A stretch of 64,000 nucleotides of DNA. It comes from Octopus sinensis. Lineage: Eukaryota. A model generated the notes under the pieces. It was not told the origin of the DNA. It saw only the letters and a list, made by a program, of their open reading frames with translations, and did no database searches. The stretch is taken from assembly GCF_006345805.1 (NCBI RefSeq), contig NC_043002.1, positions 119,846,001-119,910,000 on the forward strand. The letters are read 5' to 3'. The position numbers were made by a program, and so were the translations under genes. This document shows, piece after piece, positions 25,951 through 38,270 of this stretch (position 1 is the stretch's first letter; each line of letters begins with the position of its first letter).

Positions 25951-26447
25951 CTAGCAGTATCGCCCGGCGTTGCTCGGGTTTGAAAGGGAAATAACTATAT
26001 AAGCATTTTTAGAGAGTTACTTCCCTTATAGATGCCAATTCGGGCTTTCTTAGCCATTTCTGTTTTGGTGTCTTCAAGCCATGAAGTCGTTGTTCTAAAA
26101 GAACGCTGGTCTCCTTGACAACGCTTTACGACGTTGATTTCCTTACACTCCCTTCCCCACAGCTTCACGAGGGAGGGAAGAAGGAGGAGAAGCAAACAGG
26201 TGCAGGTGTGACCATGGACGCCAACTCCGCCGCCATCGACACACGAAAAATTATGCATTAAAATGGAATAAAAAATAATGTTAAATTATTTTTAAAATCG
26301 TAGACTCATCGTAGACGCGCGCTAATACCCAGAAGGGCTCGATATGAATCACGACTATAAGATACCCGAATTTGGTTGAACTGCACCGCAAAATGTGGGA
26401 GTAGTTAGGAATCTAAATCGAAGGGGACAGACACTCAAACAACTACA

Positions 26448-26460
<13 letters not shown>
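25951..26460 (-). mobile_element. Non-autonomous Helitron family D variant with a replaced internal segment
   Basis: Family D 3' hairpin plus CTAG at 25951 and family D 5' body; the ~230 bp at 26030-26260 is unrelated to the other D copies. Confidence 0.85.
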
Positions 26461-26487
<27 letters not shown>

Positions 26488-26837
26488 TATATGTGTGTGC
26501 GTATATGAACTACTATGCTTTATATATATATGTGTGTGTGTGTGTTCGTATGTAAGTGCGTGTGTATATATATATATACATGCATTTATGCATTTATGCG
26601 TTTGCGTAATTAAGTATGTTTAATTGCAAGTGTTTGTTTCGATGCATATAGTTTTAACTATGCTCGTCCTTTGTTACAACCGTAAATATATATTTATTCT
26701 TTTTACGAAAAACGTTTATATTACAGTTATGTTCTCATGTATATTGTGTTTATAAACAGCGAACCCTGTGATTATATATGTATGGTGATCACGAAGTTTC
26801 AAACTGATGACCCGCAAATTTGTGTAAATACATTAGG

Positions 26838-27218
26838 GAAGCACTCCGTCGGTTACGACGATGAGGGTTCCAGTTGATCCGAATCAACGGAACAGCCTGC
26901 TCGTGAAATTAATGTGTAAGTGGCTGAGCACTCCACAGACACGTGCATCCTTAACGTAGTTCTCGGGGATATTCAGCGTGACACAGAGAGTGACAAGGCC
27001 AGCCCCTTGAAATACAGGTACAACAGAAACAGGATGTAAGAGTGAGAGAAAGTTGTGGTGAAAGAGTACAGCAGGGATCACCACCATCCCCTGCCGGATC
27101 CTAGTGGAGCTTTAGGTGTTTTCGCTCAATAAACACTCACAACGCCCGGTCTGGGAATCGAAACCGCGATCCTATGACCGCAATTCCGCTGCCCTAACCA
27201 CTGGGCCATTGCGCCCCC
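26838..27218 (-). mobile_element. tRNA-derived SINE family A, full length
   Basis: A box tggcccagtgg, B box gtttcgattcc, and the shared tail ccctcgtcgtcgtaaccgacggagtgcttcc. Confidence 0.92.
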
Positions 27219-27792
27219 ACTCAATATACACAGTACAGATATTGAAAACGATGACTTACATCTGTATTCTTAAAACATTCTGGTAGATACGAACATGAAT
27301 ATACAAATCGCTGCTGTGATCGTCATTGATACGAGAAAATCACTTGGGTGTCAGTCATTTATAGTTGGATAGACAGAGATGAAGAGAAATGAGTTACCGG
27401 CAAGTCCAGGAATCGAACCTTTATTGTGAGTTTACACGCTAAACACTAAGCCACTCGTTAACATAATGTGTTAATGTAAACACTCAAACACGCACACACA
27501 CGGACACACACACATATATTTTCATGTCTGTATGTACGTACGTATATGTGTATATGTATGTATGTGTGTATGCATGTATATACGTATATAAATGTGTGTG
27601 TGTATACATGTGTGTGCATGTAAGTGTGTGTGTGTTTATGCGTGTGTCCTGTATATCGTTAAGCTGATGCCAAGTACAGTTTGAGCCAATACCGAGAAAA
27701 ATGAAGAAAGAAAACCAAAATTTGAACTCTAAAAGAAATATTTTTCGACATCAAACAGCTCTGTTGCACAAATATAGATGGATATTTGTTGC

Positions 27793-27835
<43 letters not shown>

Positions 27836-28190
27836 GTAAAAAAACTACAAATACTTATGTATTATAACAACAGCAAGAACAAAAATAGTAGCAATAACAT
27901 CAAATATAAAGATGACAACAAAGTGTGTTGGGGGATGATGCCACGAGTAAGTCGTCTTTTCCTTGGATGACAGCCATCAAAACAAGGCTTCTCACACACC
28001 TTAAGTGACAAGGAGGTATGCTTGCCACGGGCGATAGACACTGCGAAAGACAATGAGAGGAGAACTCAGTAGCCGTCCCAGATGACGTTTTGGCAGCAAT
28101 TTTCCTGAAGACGCCGCTGTATACTGAGTGTCAGTTTAAATTTGGCACCTAGAAACAACAACACACAGTCAGGTAGAAACCACTCTGAAA

Positions 28191-28234
<44 letters not shown>

Positions 28235-28237
28235 CCT

Positions 28238-28364
28238 CAAAATCCACCCACAGACTTTGGTCCGTCCGAGGCTATAGCAGAAGGCACTTGCCCAAGGTGC
28301 CACGAAGTAGGATTGAACCCTGAAGCATGTGGTTCGGAAGCAAGCTTCTTACCACACAGCCACA
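28238..28364 (-). mobile_element. SINE family C, 5' half
   Basis: Matches the family C head. Confidence 0.8.
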
Positions 28365-28502
28365 TCTTAATTTCTCAATCACGAAAGTATTCTAGGTAAA
28401 GTTGACATAGGCAGAAAATTTGATTTTAACGGAAAAGCTGAAAGTAACGGTGCTGTTAGTTATTAGAGCGGCACCGTAGAACTGATACGATTGTTTTCAA
28501 AA

Positions 28503-28503
28503 C

Positions 28504-28562
<59 letters not shown>

Positions 28563-28612
28563 AAAGTAGGAAGGAAGGAAGAAAGAAAGAAAAAGGAAAG
28601 AGAGAAAGAATA
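28503..28612. repeat. (GAAA)n microsatellite
   Basis: Seen directly. Confidence 0.95.
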
Positions 28613-29092
28613 ATAAAAAACAAAACAAATAGAAGCAAAACTCACTGTGATTAGTATATAGAGAACCAGAAAATACATAATTAATTTCCTTTTAATATTT
28701 TTTGGGAAAACTTTTCATTCTTGAAATAGCTAAAAGTTCTCACAGGTAATCCCGAAATTGCTGTCTTTTGGGAGAACATATTTGGGAAGTAAAGCTTTTG
28801 TTGTAGACTTAACAGGTTCAGAGTTGTTATCAGTTATTTTTAGCTTTACATTAAAAAGTAAAGAATGTGAATGATGGAACCATGTCTAAAAGACGATCAA
28901 TCTGAAATATTCAGCCGAGGTACGATTACGTTGGGACGGCTTTAACAAATCGGAATATAGTGTATTACATCCTTATTTTCCACAAAGACGAAACGTGCAA
29001 ATGGCTGGACTTGTAGGTCGCTGTCCCAGAGACGAAGTATAGTACTGCTTCACTGAGTGGTAGACGCTAATGTTATATATATATATATATAT

Positions 29093-29125
<33 letters not shown>

Positions 29126-29222
29126 GGAGTAAACACATAAATGTGAAACAAGCTGGAAAAAAAAGTACTCAAATACCAGTGGTAGAGTAATATGCTTTAT
29201 TTAAAGCAGCAAAAAATTCAAC

Positions 29223-29270
29223 AAAACCTGTTACTCTGAGTTTCCCGTTGCCGTTCATCGGACAGATTTT
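29223..29270 (-). ncRNA. Minimal type I hammerhead-like motif with CCGATGA (U4C) core, in a small element (29124-29272) next to (TA)n
   Basis: aaaatctgt-CCGATGA-acggcaacgg-GAAA-ctcaga-GTA-acaggtttt; 9-bp stem I, short stem II with GCAA loop, palindromic stem III. Confidence 0.65.
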
Positions 29271-29699
29271 GCTAATAATGATAATAATAATAATAATAAT
29301 AATAAGTGGATGTAATAACATGAACAAAATAAGAATAAACAAAAACAAAAACAAATTACACGAACGTATATAAACAGAAGATACAAATATTACAGGCATC
29401 CCCCCCACACACTAACTAAACGTAGACGCACATAGAGATATACGCATGCGCAAATGAAGACACATACAATAGAAATACAAAATGGCTAACGGTTAGTAAG
29501 GAGAGACACAAATAAGAAATAAGAAAGCAAAGGACCACTGATGCGGTCACAGGAGTGTGACGAAATAACTCTGGACGAAATTAGATTAAGTTTAATGTAA
29601 AAAAAAATAACACTGAAGCAAAGTAACACCAAATATATAGTGGGTGGTTTTATTGGCTAAAGCAAAATGACCATTCCGAAATACAACAATTATATATAT

Positions 29700-29915
29700 A
29701 TCGCCATGTGGATCGCTAGCTTCTGCACGCATTTTTTTTCTCTCCTTGTTTCTCTCCGTGTTTCTTTTCTGTGTATCTTTCTGTTGAAGAGTGTAGGCTC
29801 AAAACGTTAAAGACTTGTTTTATTTATATTCCTGAGCACCATACTAATATAATTGTTTGTTTGTATTCCACCTGCCTTCGTCTTTTGTTTATTTTCATAA
29901 AGCTTCCCGTTTTAT
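29700..29915 (+). mobile_element. PLE-pLTR-like family H with a degenerate hammerhead motif (29776-29813)
   Basis: tcttt-CTGTTGA-agagtgtaggctc-aaaac-gtt-aaaga; homologous to 60120-60350; ends in (TA)n. Confidence 0.65.
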
Positions 29916-29942
29916 ATATATAATATATATATATTATATATA

Positions 29943-30679
29943 CGAGGTCTGATCAATAAGTATGCGGACTGTTGGTATAGTAACGAAGCTAAAGCACGCA
30001 GAGTAAAGCAGCTTGACAAAAAATGGACTTGACCGCTATGTACATGCACACAAAAATTTTAACATTCTAGCTCACTTACGTTGTTTACAGCAGAGCTTCG
30101 AAGTAAAGTGTGTAACGTGTGATCGCAGCATTAATCATGACAGAAAAAGTTGTCATGGCGATACCTGCTCAGAGACCAACGCAAAGTTGTAGAAAGTGTA
30201 CAGAGAGGAGTGTATGAGTCGTACACAAGTGTACGAGTGTTTCAGATGTTTTGAAGATGGCCGAAAAAATTGACAAAAGTTCTGGGAATCCAGTGTCTGC
30301 CAAGTTGTGCCAAAACTGCTTTCAGCTGACCAAAAAGATACTTGGGTTTCAGTTGCACAAAATCTCATTGATTGTAGAGAGAACGTTGTAAACTTTTTGA
30401 AAACTTTGCGTAGGCCAATGAGCAGGTATTGCCAAGCTTTTGGCGACATTTTATACAGATTCTCTGCTGAAATTTTCTCTGCCATGGTCAATGTAACGAA
30501 CTCACGCTACACACCTTCCTTCCAAGCACTGCTGTAAAGAGCGAAAGTGAGATAGAACGTTAAAACTTAGTGCACATGCTCAACGGAGTTCAAGCTCAAG
30601 TGATGCCAAGCTGCTTCAGTCAGCGTACTTTAGCATCGTTACTAAGTCAAGAGTTCGAATACTTATTGATCAGACCACG
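29943..30679. mobile_element. Mariner derivative made of two head-to-head transposase 5' ends
   Basis: TIRs cgaggtctgatcaataagtat / atacttattgatcagaccacg with TA flanks; ~210-bp imperfect inverted arms. The plus arm encodes MTEK..GDTCSET..SRTQVYE..VPKLL and the minus arm MAEKI.QRICIK..QKLGNTCS. Confidence 0.85.
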
Positions 30680-30699
30680 TATATATATATATATATACA

Positions 30700-30845
30700 C
30701 GACAGGCTTCTTTCAGTTTCCTTCTCCTAAATATCCATTCGCAAGGCTTTGGTCGGAAGCTTTAGTAGAAAACACCCATGGTGCCACGCAATTGGACTGA
30801 ACCTAGAACCTTTGTGGTTGGGAAGCAAATTTCGTATCACAGAAA
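30700..30845 (-). mobile_element. SINE family C, 5' half
   Basis: Matches the family C head. Confidence 0.75.
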
Positions 30846-30922
30846 CAGGCCTAAACACATGTGAATCGTTGGCGATTTTTTTCCTCCGTCTTCCTCTACT
30901 ATTGGGCTTCCCTTTGACTCCC

Positions 30923-30957
30923 GTTTCTGAAGAAGAGATTTACTCGAAACGTAAAAT
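30923..30957 (+). ncRNA. Minimal type I hammerhead ribozyme with canonical CTGAAGA core, in a PLE-pLTR-like element (~30870-31062)
   Basis: gttt-CTGAAGA-a-gag(attta)ctc-GAAAC-GTA-aaat; ACGT palindrome in place of stem III, as in PLE minimal HHRs. Confidence 0.72.
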
Positions 30958-31065
30958 CACCTTTCTTTCCTTCACTGAGCGTCTTCTAATACTTTACATG
31001 TACCATGTCCGCGCGTTGTTTAATTTTTTTGTGCGTTTGTTCTCCGTTTGTTTTTTACAATGTAT

Positions 31066-31393
31066 ACTCTTTACTCTTTTACTCTTTTACTTATTCTATC
31101 GGTTTCTTTTTGCCGAACCGCTATGTGACGGGGACGTAAACACACCAGCATCGGTTGTCAAGCAATGCTAGGTGGACAAACACAGAAACACAAACATACA
31201 CACACACGCATATATATACATGCGTATATACGACGGCTTTTTTCAGTTTCCGTCTACCAAATCCACTCACAAGGCTTTGGTTGGCCCGAGGCTATAGTAG
31301 AAGACACTTGCCCAAGATGCCACGCAGTGGGACTGAACCCGGAACCATGTGGTTTGTAAGCAAGCTACTTACCACACAGCCACTCCTGCGCCT
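31066..31393 (-). mobile_element. SINE family C
   Basis: Head, body and tail match, with an internal deletion. Confidence 0.9.
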
Positions 31394-31600
31394 ATGTATA
31401 TCTATAGATATATGTGTGTGTGTGTGCGTGTGTATGTGTATTGTGTGCGTTGTCTCTAACTATTCCTCCTTTCTCTCTCTCACTTACTCCGTCTCTCACT
31501 CACACTCTCTCCCACTCACACTCTCTATCACTCCCTCTCTCTCCCTCCCCCCCTCTCTCTCTCTCTCTCTTATATATATATATATATATATATTATACAC

Positions 31601-31989
31601 TTTATTTGTTTCAGTCATTTGACTGCGGCCATGCTGGAGCACCGCCTTTAGTCGAACAAATCGACCCCAGGACTTTTTCTTTGTAAGCCTAGTACTTATT
31701 CTATCGTTCTCTCTTGCCGAACCGTTAAAGGACGGGGACGTAAACACACTACCATCGTTTGTCAAGAGATGTTGATAGGGACAAACACAGACACACAAAC
31801 ATAAACATATATATATATATATATGACGGGTTTCTTTCAGGTTCTGTCTACTAAATCCACTCACAAGATTTGGGTCGGACCAAGGCTATAGTAGAAGACA
31901 CTTGACTAAGGTGCTGCGCGGAGTGTGACTGAACCTGGAAACATGTGGTTGGTAACCAAACTATTTAACACACAGCTACTCCTGCGCCT
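31601..31989 (-). mobile_element. SINE family C
   Basis: Head, body and tail match. Confidence 0.9.
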
Positions 31990-31992
31990 ATA

Positions 31993-33018
31993 CATGTGTT
32001 GAATAAAATAATGGAATACCTTAAAATTTCAAACAAATTAATTTTTGTATGGGGTAAGACTGGCTTTGGCAGTAATTACGGCTTGAATTCTACGAGGTAT
32101 GGGCACGTAAAAAGTTTGAATTGTTTCCAAACAAATTTTTGTCCAATCTTCAGTCTCCAGTTCTTATAGTGATGATGATGGAGGATATCGACTTCTTCCT
32201 TGCTTTTCTAAAATGCACCATAAATGTTCAATAATACTGAGATCTGGGGACTGTGGTGACCAGATCAGTTTAGCTGTGTGAATTGGTGCATTATCATCCT
32301 GAAAGATTGCGTTTCCCTCCGGAAACAGTTTGGCAACCATAGGATAAATTTGATCAGATGAAATGCTTAAGTAGTCTTGACTATTAATTCTGCCATGAAG
32401 GGAAAACATTGGGCCGGCGGATTTACAAGGTATAACCTACCCCCAGATCATCACAGATCCTCCTCCATGTTTAACAGTTGGAGGAAGGCAGTCTGGGTCA
32501 AATGCTTCTTTTGGCTATCTCCACACGTACACTCGACCGGTGGACGGAAATACGGTAAGGCATGACTCGTCCGAGAAAATAACACTCTTACACTGCTCTT
32601 GGTACCAATTCTGTAGGATTTTATTCCACTTTAAACGCTTTGCAACGTTTGCTTTTGAAAGTAGTGGTTTTCTGATTGTAGCCCTACCGTGAAATCCGGC
32701 TCTGTGCAGCTCCCGAAATTTGTGGAAATTGGCTTCTCGAGGTGGTCGTAAAGCTCTGCAGTAATTTTGGGAGTTGTAGTTTTGTGATTCTTTCTAACAA
32801 TTTGCGTAAGACTCCGACAGTCCCTATCTGAAAGTTTTGGTTTTCTCCCGGAGTTTTGTTTCGACGAGGAGGTTTTTCCCTCTTTCACAAAGGCTGCCAT
32901 TACTTTTCGAGACAGTACTTCTTGATACACCAAACATTTAGCCTTTGACGGTTTTATAGATATTCCAAAATTATCATGCTATGATGCAAGGTGTTTCCAT
33001 TATTTTGTTCAAACCCTG
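31993..33018 (-). mobile_element. Tc1-like DNA transposon, decayed
   Basis: Imperfect ~28-bp TIRs (cagggtttgaacaaaataatggaaacacct-like); transposase remnants GRKPKLSDRD.RSL..IVRKNHKTT, FSDES, FQDDNAPIH and W.PQSPDL.IIEHLW. Confidence 0.9.
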
Positions 33019-33403
33019 TCTATATACGTATACATGTATGTGTGTGTATATGTGTGCGTGTGTGAATAATATTTACACAACATTTAATTTAAAATAGTTA
33101 TTTATCACTTATTCGGTTTATGAATAAAATAAAAAGGAAATATATATTGCATATATGTAATAGGTAATAGATGCGTGTCATAATTTGTCATCCGATTGCC
33201 TTAGGCAATATATCGGTTATATCTATAATAATGTCTTTGATTTGGTCGCATAATTAAAGTCTATCGTACGTAGACCTATACAGAATGATAGAACAGATAT
33301 GTATGAGGAGGTGAAAGAGGAGGAGCAGGAAGGGAAGATAAGAATAAGAAGTTGTCCATTTATATAAATATGTATATATATGTGTGTATGTATATATATA
33401 TAT

Positions 33404-33473
33404 AGGAGTGTGGTAAGTAGCTTGTCTACCAACCACATGGTTCCTGTTCAGTCCACTGCGTGGCACCTTGGGC
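33404..33473 (+). mobile_element. SINE family C head running into the assembly gap
   Basis: gtgtggtaagtagcttg...gtggcaccttgggc followed by Ns. Confidence 0.8.
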
Positions 33474-33573
33474 NNNNNNNNNNNNNNNNNNNNNNNNNNN
33501 NNNNNNNNNNNNNNNNNNNNNNNNNNNNNNNNNNNNNNNNNNNNNNNNNNNNNNNNNNNNNNNNNNNNNNNNN
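33474..33573. other. Assembly gap (100 N)
   Basis: Run of N. Confidence 1.
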
Positions 33574-34186
33574 GCCAGCATGGAAATAAAAACCTCAAAA
33601 GGTAATAATTATTATTAAAATTATAATTAAGGGTATCTAAGAGATATAGATATAGAATCAAGTTTTGGCAGCTGTATCTAGCATGGAGATATCTCTTAGA
33701 TACCCTTAATTATAATATATATATATACATAAATATTAGAGAGTGAACCACATAGTGGTCACTCTAATATCAATGTATAAATTCTATTTTTTCCCTTGGT
33801 TTTTTATGTGCTAAGCCACTTGGTGTTAAATTGATGGTATTATTAAATTAATATCAAATTTTTCACCCTCATTTATAAATGTATATATATATATTAATAT
33901 ATATATTATATATTATAGAGAGAGAGAGAGAGAGAGAGAGATATTTGTGATGTATCTATCTTTTATCTCTCTCTCTCTCTCTCTCTCTCCTCTCCCCCTC
34001 TCTCTCTAAATGCTTATTATTATACACTTGCATATACTTAATCAATAACAAAAAGTGTGTGGCACAATTACCAACACTAACATACATACACGGTCTAATA
34101 AAGTTATCGTAAATATCTGGAGTAACAGAGCATTCCACTACTAGCGGAAAGATTAGTAGTTCGTTTTTAGTGTGCTAAAATATATA

Positions 34187-35260
34187 TTAGGTTGGCAACT
34201 ATGTTCCAGTCGGTTTTAAAATTAAATTTTTTTAAAAGGTTTAATAAAAAATAACAACTACTTAATCAATAATGTATTCACCCTTGTTGGTAGAAATCAT
34301 CCGATTTCGACTCAAAAAATTGATCCAACCAAGCTCTCAATTCTGCATCAGTATTGTACGAAACTCCGCGCATAGCATTTGAAAGAAATCGAAAGAGGTG
34401 GAAATCCATTGGTGCCAAGTCAGGGGAGTACGCCGGGTGTGGCAGCACTTCCCAGTTTGAATGGCTTCTTTGGTCATATTGGCGATATGAGGGCGGGCGT
34501 TTTTGTGCAGCAGAACTTCATGCTGACGATTTGGTCTTATCTTTTGAATAGCTGTGTTGAGTCATTCCATGTGTTGAACACAGAGTTCCGCGTTGACCGT
34601 TTGTTTCCGTTCAAGCAATTCGTAATCGATAATCCCTTCCCAGTCCAACCATACGCACAACATCGTTTTACACGGATGAAGATCTTGTTTCACGCGTGGT
34701 GTCACTTGTTTACCGGGCCTAAGCCATTCCTTACGCTGCTTCTTATTGATGTGCAGGCACCATTTTTCGTCGCCATTAACGATTCGGTAAATAAATCGTT
34801 GTTTGTGTCCATGAGTTGAGCGGTGACGAGCAAGCAAACCAGCAGAGATTGTGGCTCGTTGATTTTTGTTGTTGTCAATTAAAGTATGCGGAACCTATGC
34901 TCCATACTTCTGAACCTTTCCCATCGAATGAAGATGTTTCTCTATAGCAGTGTGGGAGCGTTCCATTTCTCTGAACCTTGCCGTTTGACCAGAATTTTCG
35001 TGCAAAAGTTGGTTTAATCACTCTTCATTGAACTCAAATGGACGGCCAGAACGAGATGCGCCTTTCAGGTCAAAATTTCCATTTCTGAACTTGGTATACC
35101 AATCACGAGCGGTTCTTTCAGTTATGGCACCTTCTCCATACACAGCACAAATGTCGCGAGCAGCTTTTGCGGCCTTAGAAGGAGGTGTCAAAAATGCTCG
35201 TTTTTCTTAACTTGACATTCCATTTTAATGATTTGAATATAAACAAAAATTAGCTAAAAT
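34187..35260 (-). mobile_element. Mariner (DD34D) transposon, decayed
   Basis: ta|ttaggttggcaact TIR; AAKAARDICAVYG..RDWY.KFRNG, IV.GDEKW, KTMLCVW, H.NARPH and HPAYSPDLAP.DFHLF motifs; the other TIR was not seen. Confidence 0.92.
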
Positions 35261-35347
35261 TAACTAGAAAAAAAAAAAAAAAAAAAACAGATTCCAAAAT
35301 GATTCAAAAATAGATTTCTCGAAAAAAAAGATTTAAAAATTGGCTGT

Positions 35348-35745
35348 GCATAGGCGTGGATATGTGGTAAGAAACCTCGTTTCCAACCACATGATTCAGG
35401 GGTTAGTCCAATTCCTACCTGGCACTTTAGGCGGGCGTCTTCAACAAAGTCTTGTGAGAGGATATAGAAAACGGAAGCTGAAAGAAACCATTTGCATATG
35501 TGTATACACATGTATCTATGTCTGTATCATTGTGACTGTGTTTGTCCCTCATCTCCGCTTGACAACCGATTTTGGTTTGTTTACGTCCCCGTAACTTAGC
35601 GGTTCGGCAGAAGAGACATAGTGGGTACTAGCCTAAAAAGGAATAAGGCCTAAAAAGAAATAAGACATTATTGTCTGTTTCTAGGGCGGTACCCCAGCAT
35701 GGCCACAGTCAAAACGACTAAAACAAATAAAAGATAATACAGATA
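35348..35745 (+). mobile_element. SINE family C, older copy
   Basis: Diverged match to family C. Confidence 0.75.
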
Positions 35746-35805
35746 AAAGATATGGATACATAGATATGAATGTGTGTGTGTGTGTGTGTGTGTGTGTACG
35801 TATAT

Positions 35806-36140
35806 AGGCTATGTGGAATAAAGTTTGCTTCCCAAACACTTGATGGCACCTTGGGGAAGTGTCCTCTGCTATATCCCCGGGTCGACCAGGCCCTGTGAGT
35901 GCATTTGGTTCACTGAAACTGAAAGCCCGTTGAATATATATATGCGTGCGTGTGTGTGTATGCGTGTATGTGTGTGTCCCTTACCCGTTTCGAATCTGGT
36001 GTTGGTCTGTTTAGTTCCCCGTAACATAGCGTTTCGTGAAAAGCGATCTGTAGAATAAGTACCACGCTTTGAAACTGAAGTACAGACTCGATTCGTACTT
36101 CTAAAACACTGTACACGGTGCCCCAGCATGGCGGCAGTCT
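35806..36140 (+). mobile_element. SINE family C, older copy
   Basis: Diverged match to family C. Confidence 0.7.
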
Positions 36141-36256
36141 AAAGATTGTATCAAGTTTATATATAATAAGCGATAAAAGATATCATGTACACGTGTGCGT
36201 GTGCATGTGTGTGCAGGTGTGTGTGCGTGAGTGTGTGTGGGGTATGAATGAGTACA

Positions 36257-36303
<47 letters not shown>

Positions 36304-36309
<6 letters not shown>

Positions 36310-36450
36310 TTATAGAAGGAGCTTCTACAGACTAGAACTGTTTCATTCAAAAGAAATCATCAGAAGCTCCTTCTATAAAATAAATAATTTACTCTGCTAT
36401 GTATTGAGTACCTTATTTACTGTGGTTAACCCCGACTCAACCGGGGGACC

Positions 36451-36453
<3 letters not shown>
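36304..36453. mobile_element. Family F element with a minus-strand hammerhead motif (36313-36375), inserted in (TA)n
   Basis: Reverse complement reads tagaaggagctt-CTGATGA-tttcttttgaat-GAAA-cagttctagtct-GTA-gaagctccttcta; homologous to 24374-24570. Confidence 0.72.
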
Positions 36454-36517
<64 letters not shown>

Positions 36518-36699
36518 GACATGATCGTCACGATCTGTATTTTTCGGGTTTTGTTGGAGCTAAATAAAAATAACAGTTCGCTGCTGCAACAGCGGTAGAA
36601 ATATAGATCTTGATGAATGTTTTATTAGACTGAAGTACTCAGCTGAACTTTCCGTGAGTGTATACCCTGCAGTGCAATTGCCTTTGTCAACGTATATCT

Positions 36700-38260
36700 A
36701 AACATGTATGTATAGTTGCATGTATATATGTATTTATGTTTTCTTCTGCTTTCAATTATATAAATTCTTCCTCTGAAGTAGGAACTGGATTCTAACAAAG
36801 ATATAGAACGCTATCGTCGGAACGTAGATAACAAAAGCGATGACACATTTTATGCTTGAGAAAAGTCTTGCGTATTTTTACTGCTCCACATACAAATTGT
36901 ATTTGTAATATCAGAGTTGGTTGATTTCCTTTTCTGAAAAACTCCAGCTTATCCGGAACTTCACAGGTATTTTACTCACAAAACCAACTACACTATTATT
37001 GGTATATACGTGAATTTATAATCTGGGTATAAAAGCTATAGGTTTCAAAGCAGTTCTCCATGATTATCCCCTCTCTTTGAGTTTCAAAGTGGTTTCCACA
37101 ACAGCAAGACAGCTGACCTCTGTGATGGCACATAGCTTTACAAGTCCGTCCCATACAACAATATCCGACTTGTTATGTTTACACTTGACATGTTTTGACG
37201 GGAATGTTACAGCAGTATCCCTTGTGTTGATGTTTGTATATGCATTCAATAAAAGGGGGCTTCTCTAAATTCCAGGACAGTCATTTTTTTTTCGAATGGC
37301 ATTTTATATTATTTTTGCAACGTCGTATCGTATAGGGATGATATTTTGGGGCAGCTGCTAACTCCATGTGTGAGGTCTTCGACAGAAATATGACATAATC
37401 TAAATTTTCGGTTGCATCTTGGAGCTCCAAAGGGTTTGCTGTCACTTTTGTTTATTAGGGATTTAATAGCAATCTCCATAGCATTCGAAGTGTGATGTGA
37501 GGTAGCAATCACGTGTTTAAGAGAGGTTTCGCTTCATGTCAATATTACTGTCTTCTTCAGGTAATAAGCTTGCAGACTCGTCAGCACGCCAGGCAAAATG
37601 CTTAGCAGCACTTCGTCCGCCTTAACGCTCTGAGTCCAAATGCCGCCAACGTCGATGTTGCCTTTCATTCTTTCGGGGTCAATAAAATAAATACCAGTTG
37701 AACACTGGAATCGAACTAATCCACTTATCCCCTCCCTGGAAATTTCTGGCTTTGAGCCAAAATTTAAAACCAATATTACTGTCTTCAAGTGTTCGAGAAA
37801 CATACCCATACATGGTCTCTTTTTGGCATACTAATGGTTTTACATCCAGGTTTTCAGTCAACTATGAACTTTTGAACAAATTCCATTACTATGTCAGCTG
37901 AGAATGTCGCTATTAATCCCAACTGTTTTGGGATTATTAACATAAATCACAAGGTCATCCACAAAGAAATATTTCTAGTAGTCACAGGCACTAGCATGTA
38001 GCCATTTGGTTTTTGTAGCAGGGATGATAATGCCAAGACGAACAGAACTGGGAAAAACTCCGTATGAGCTTTATAACATTAGAGACGATAATTCCTCTCT
38101 CCGATCTAAGTGTAAGAATTGTTGCAAGGGTCTTTGTGAGCCTCTCGATGGCAGGAATTGACGTAGCAGGGACTTTTGCCAAATGTAGACACTTCAGCAG
38201 CCGTGACTGGGGAACGGAGACAATTGCCTTTTTGTGTATGCATGTTTGTCTGTCTGTATG
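36700..38260 (-). mobile_element. R4/Dong-like LINE 3' region (RT remnant, CCHC knuckle, RLE), decayed; interrupted by SINE B
   Basis: ..SVPQSRLLKCLHLAKVP.., RLCHISVEDLTHGVSSCPK (CCHC), HNKSDIVVWD..LCAITEVSC (RLE), LYPDYKFTYIPII and VKIRKTFL. Confidence 0.82.
37575..37790 (+). mobile_element. SINE family B, old copy
   Basis: gcctttcattctttcggggtcaataaaataaataccagtt body. Confidence 0.75.
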
Positions 38261-38270
38261 CATGTCTGTA

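Noticed and set aside
27400-27465. tRNA-like sequence on the minus strand
   Set aside because: Only A/B-box-like remnants; no cloverleaf; likely an old SINE head.
28100-28190. CTGAAGA…GAAA…GTC hammerhead-like string
   Set aside because: Stem II does not close next to GAAA and stem I does not pair; at best a decayed relic.
36781-36860. Apparent terminal exon ELDSNKDIERYRR… with a good acceptor
   Set aside because: Lies antisense in or next to the 3' end of the Dong-like LINE; probably fortuitous.
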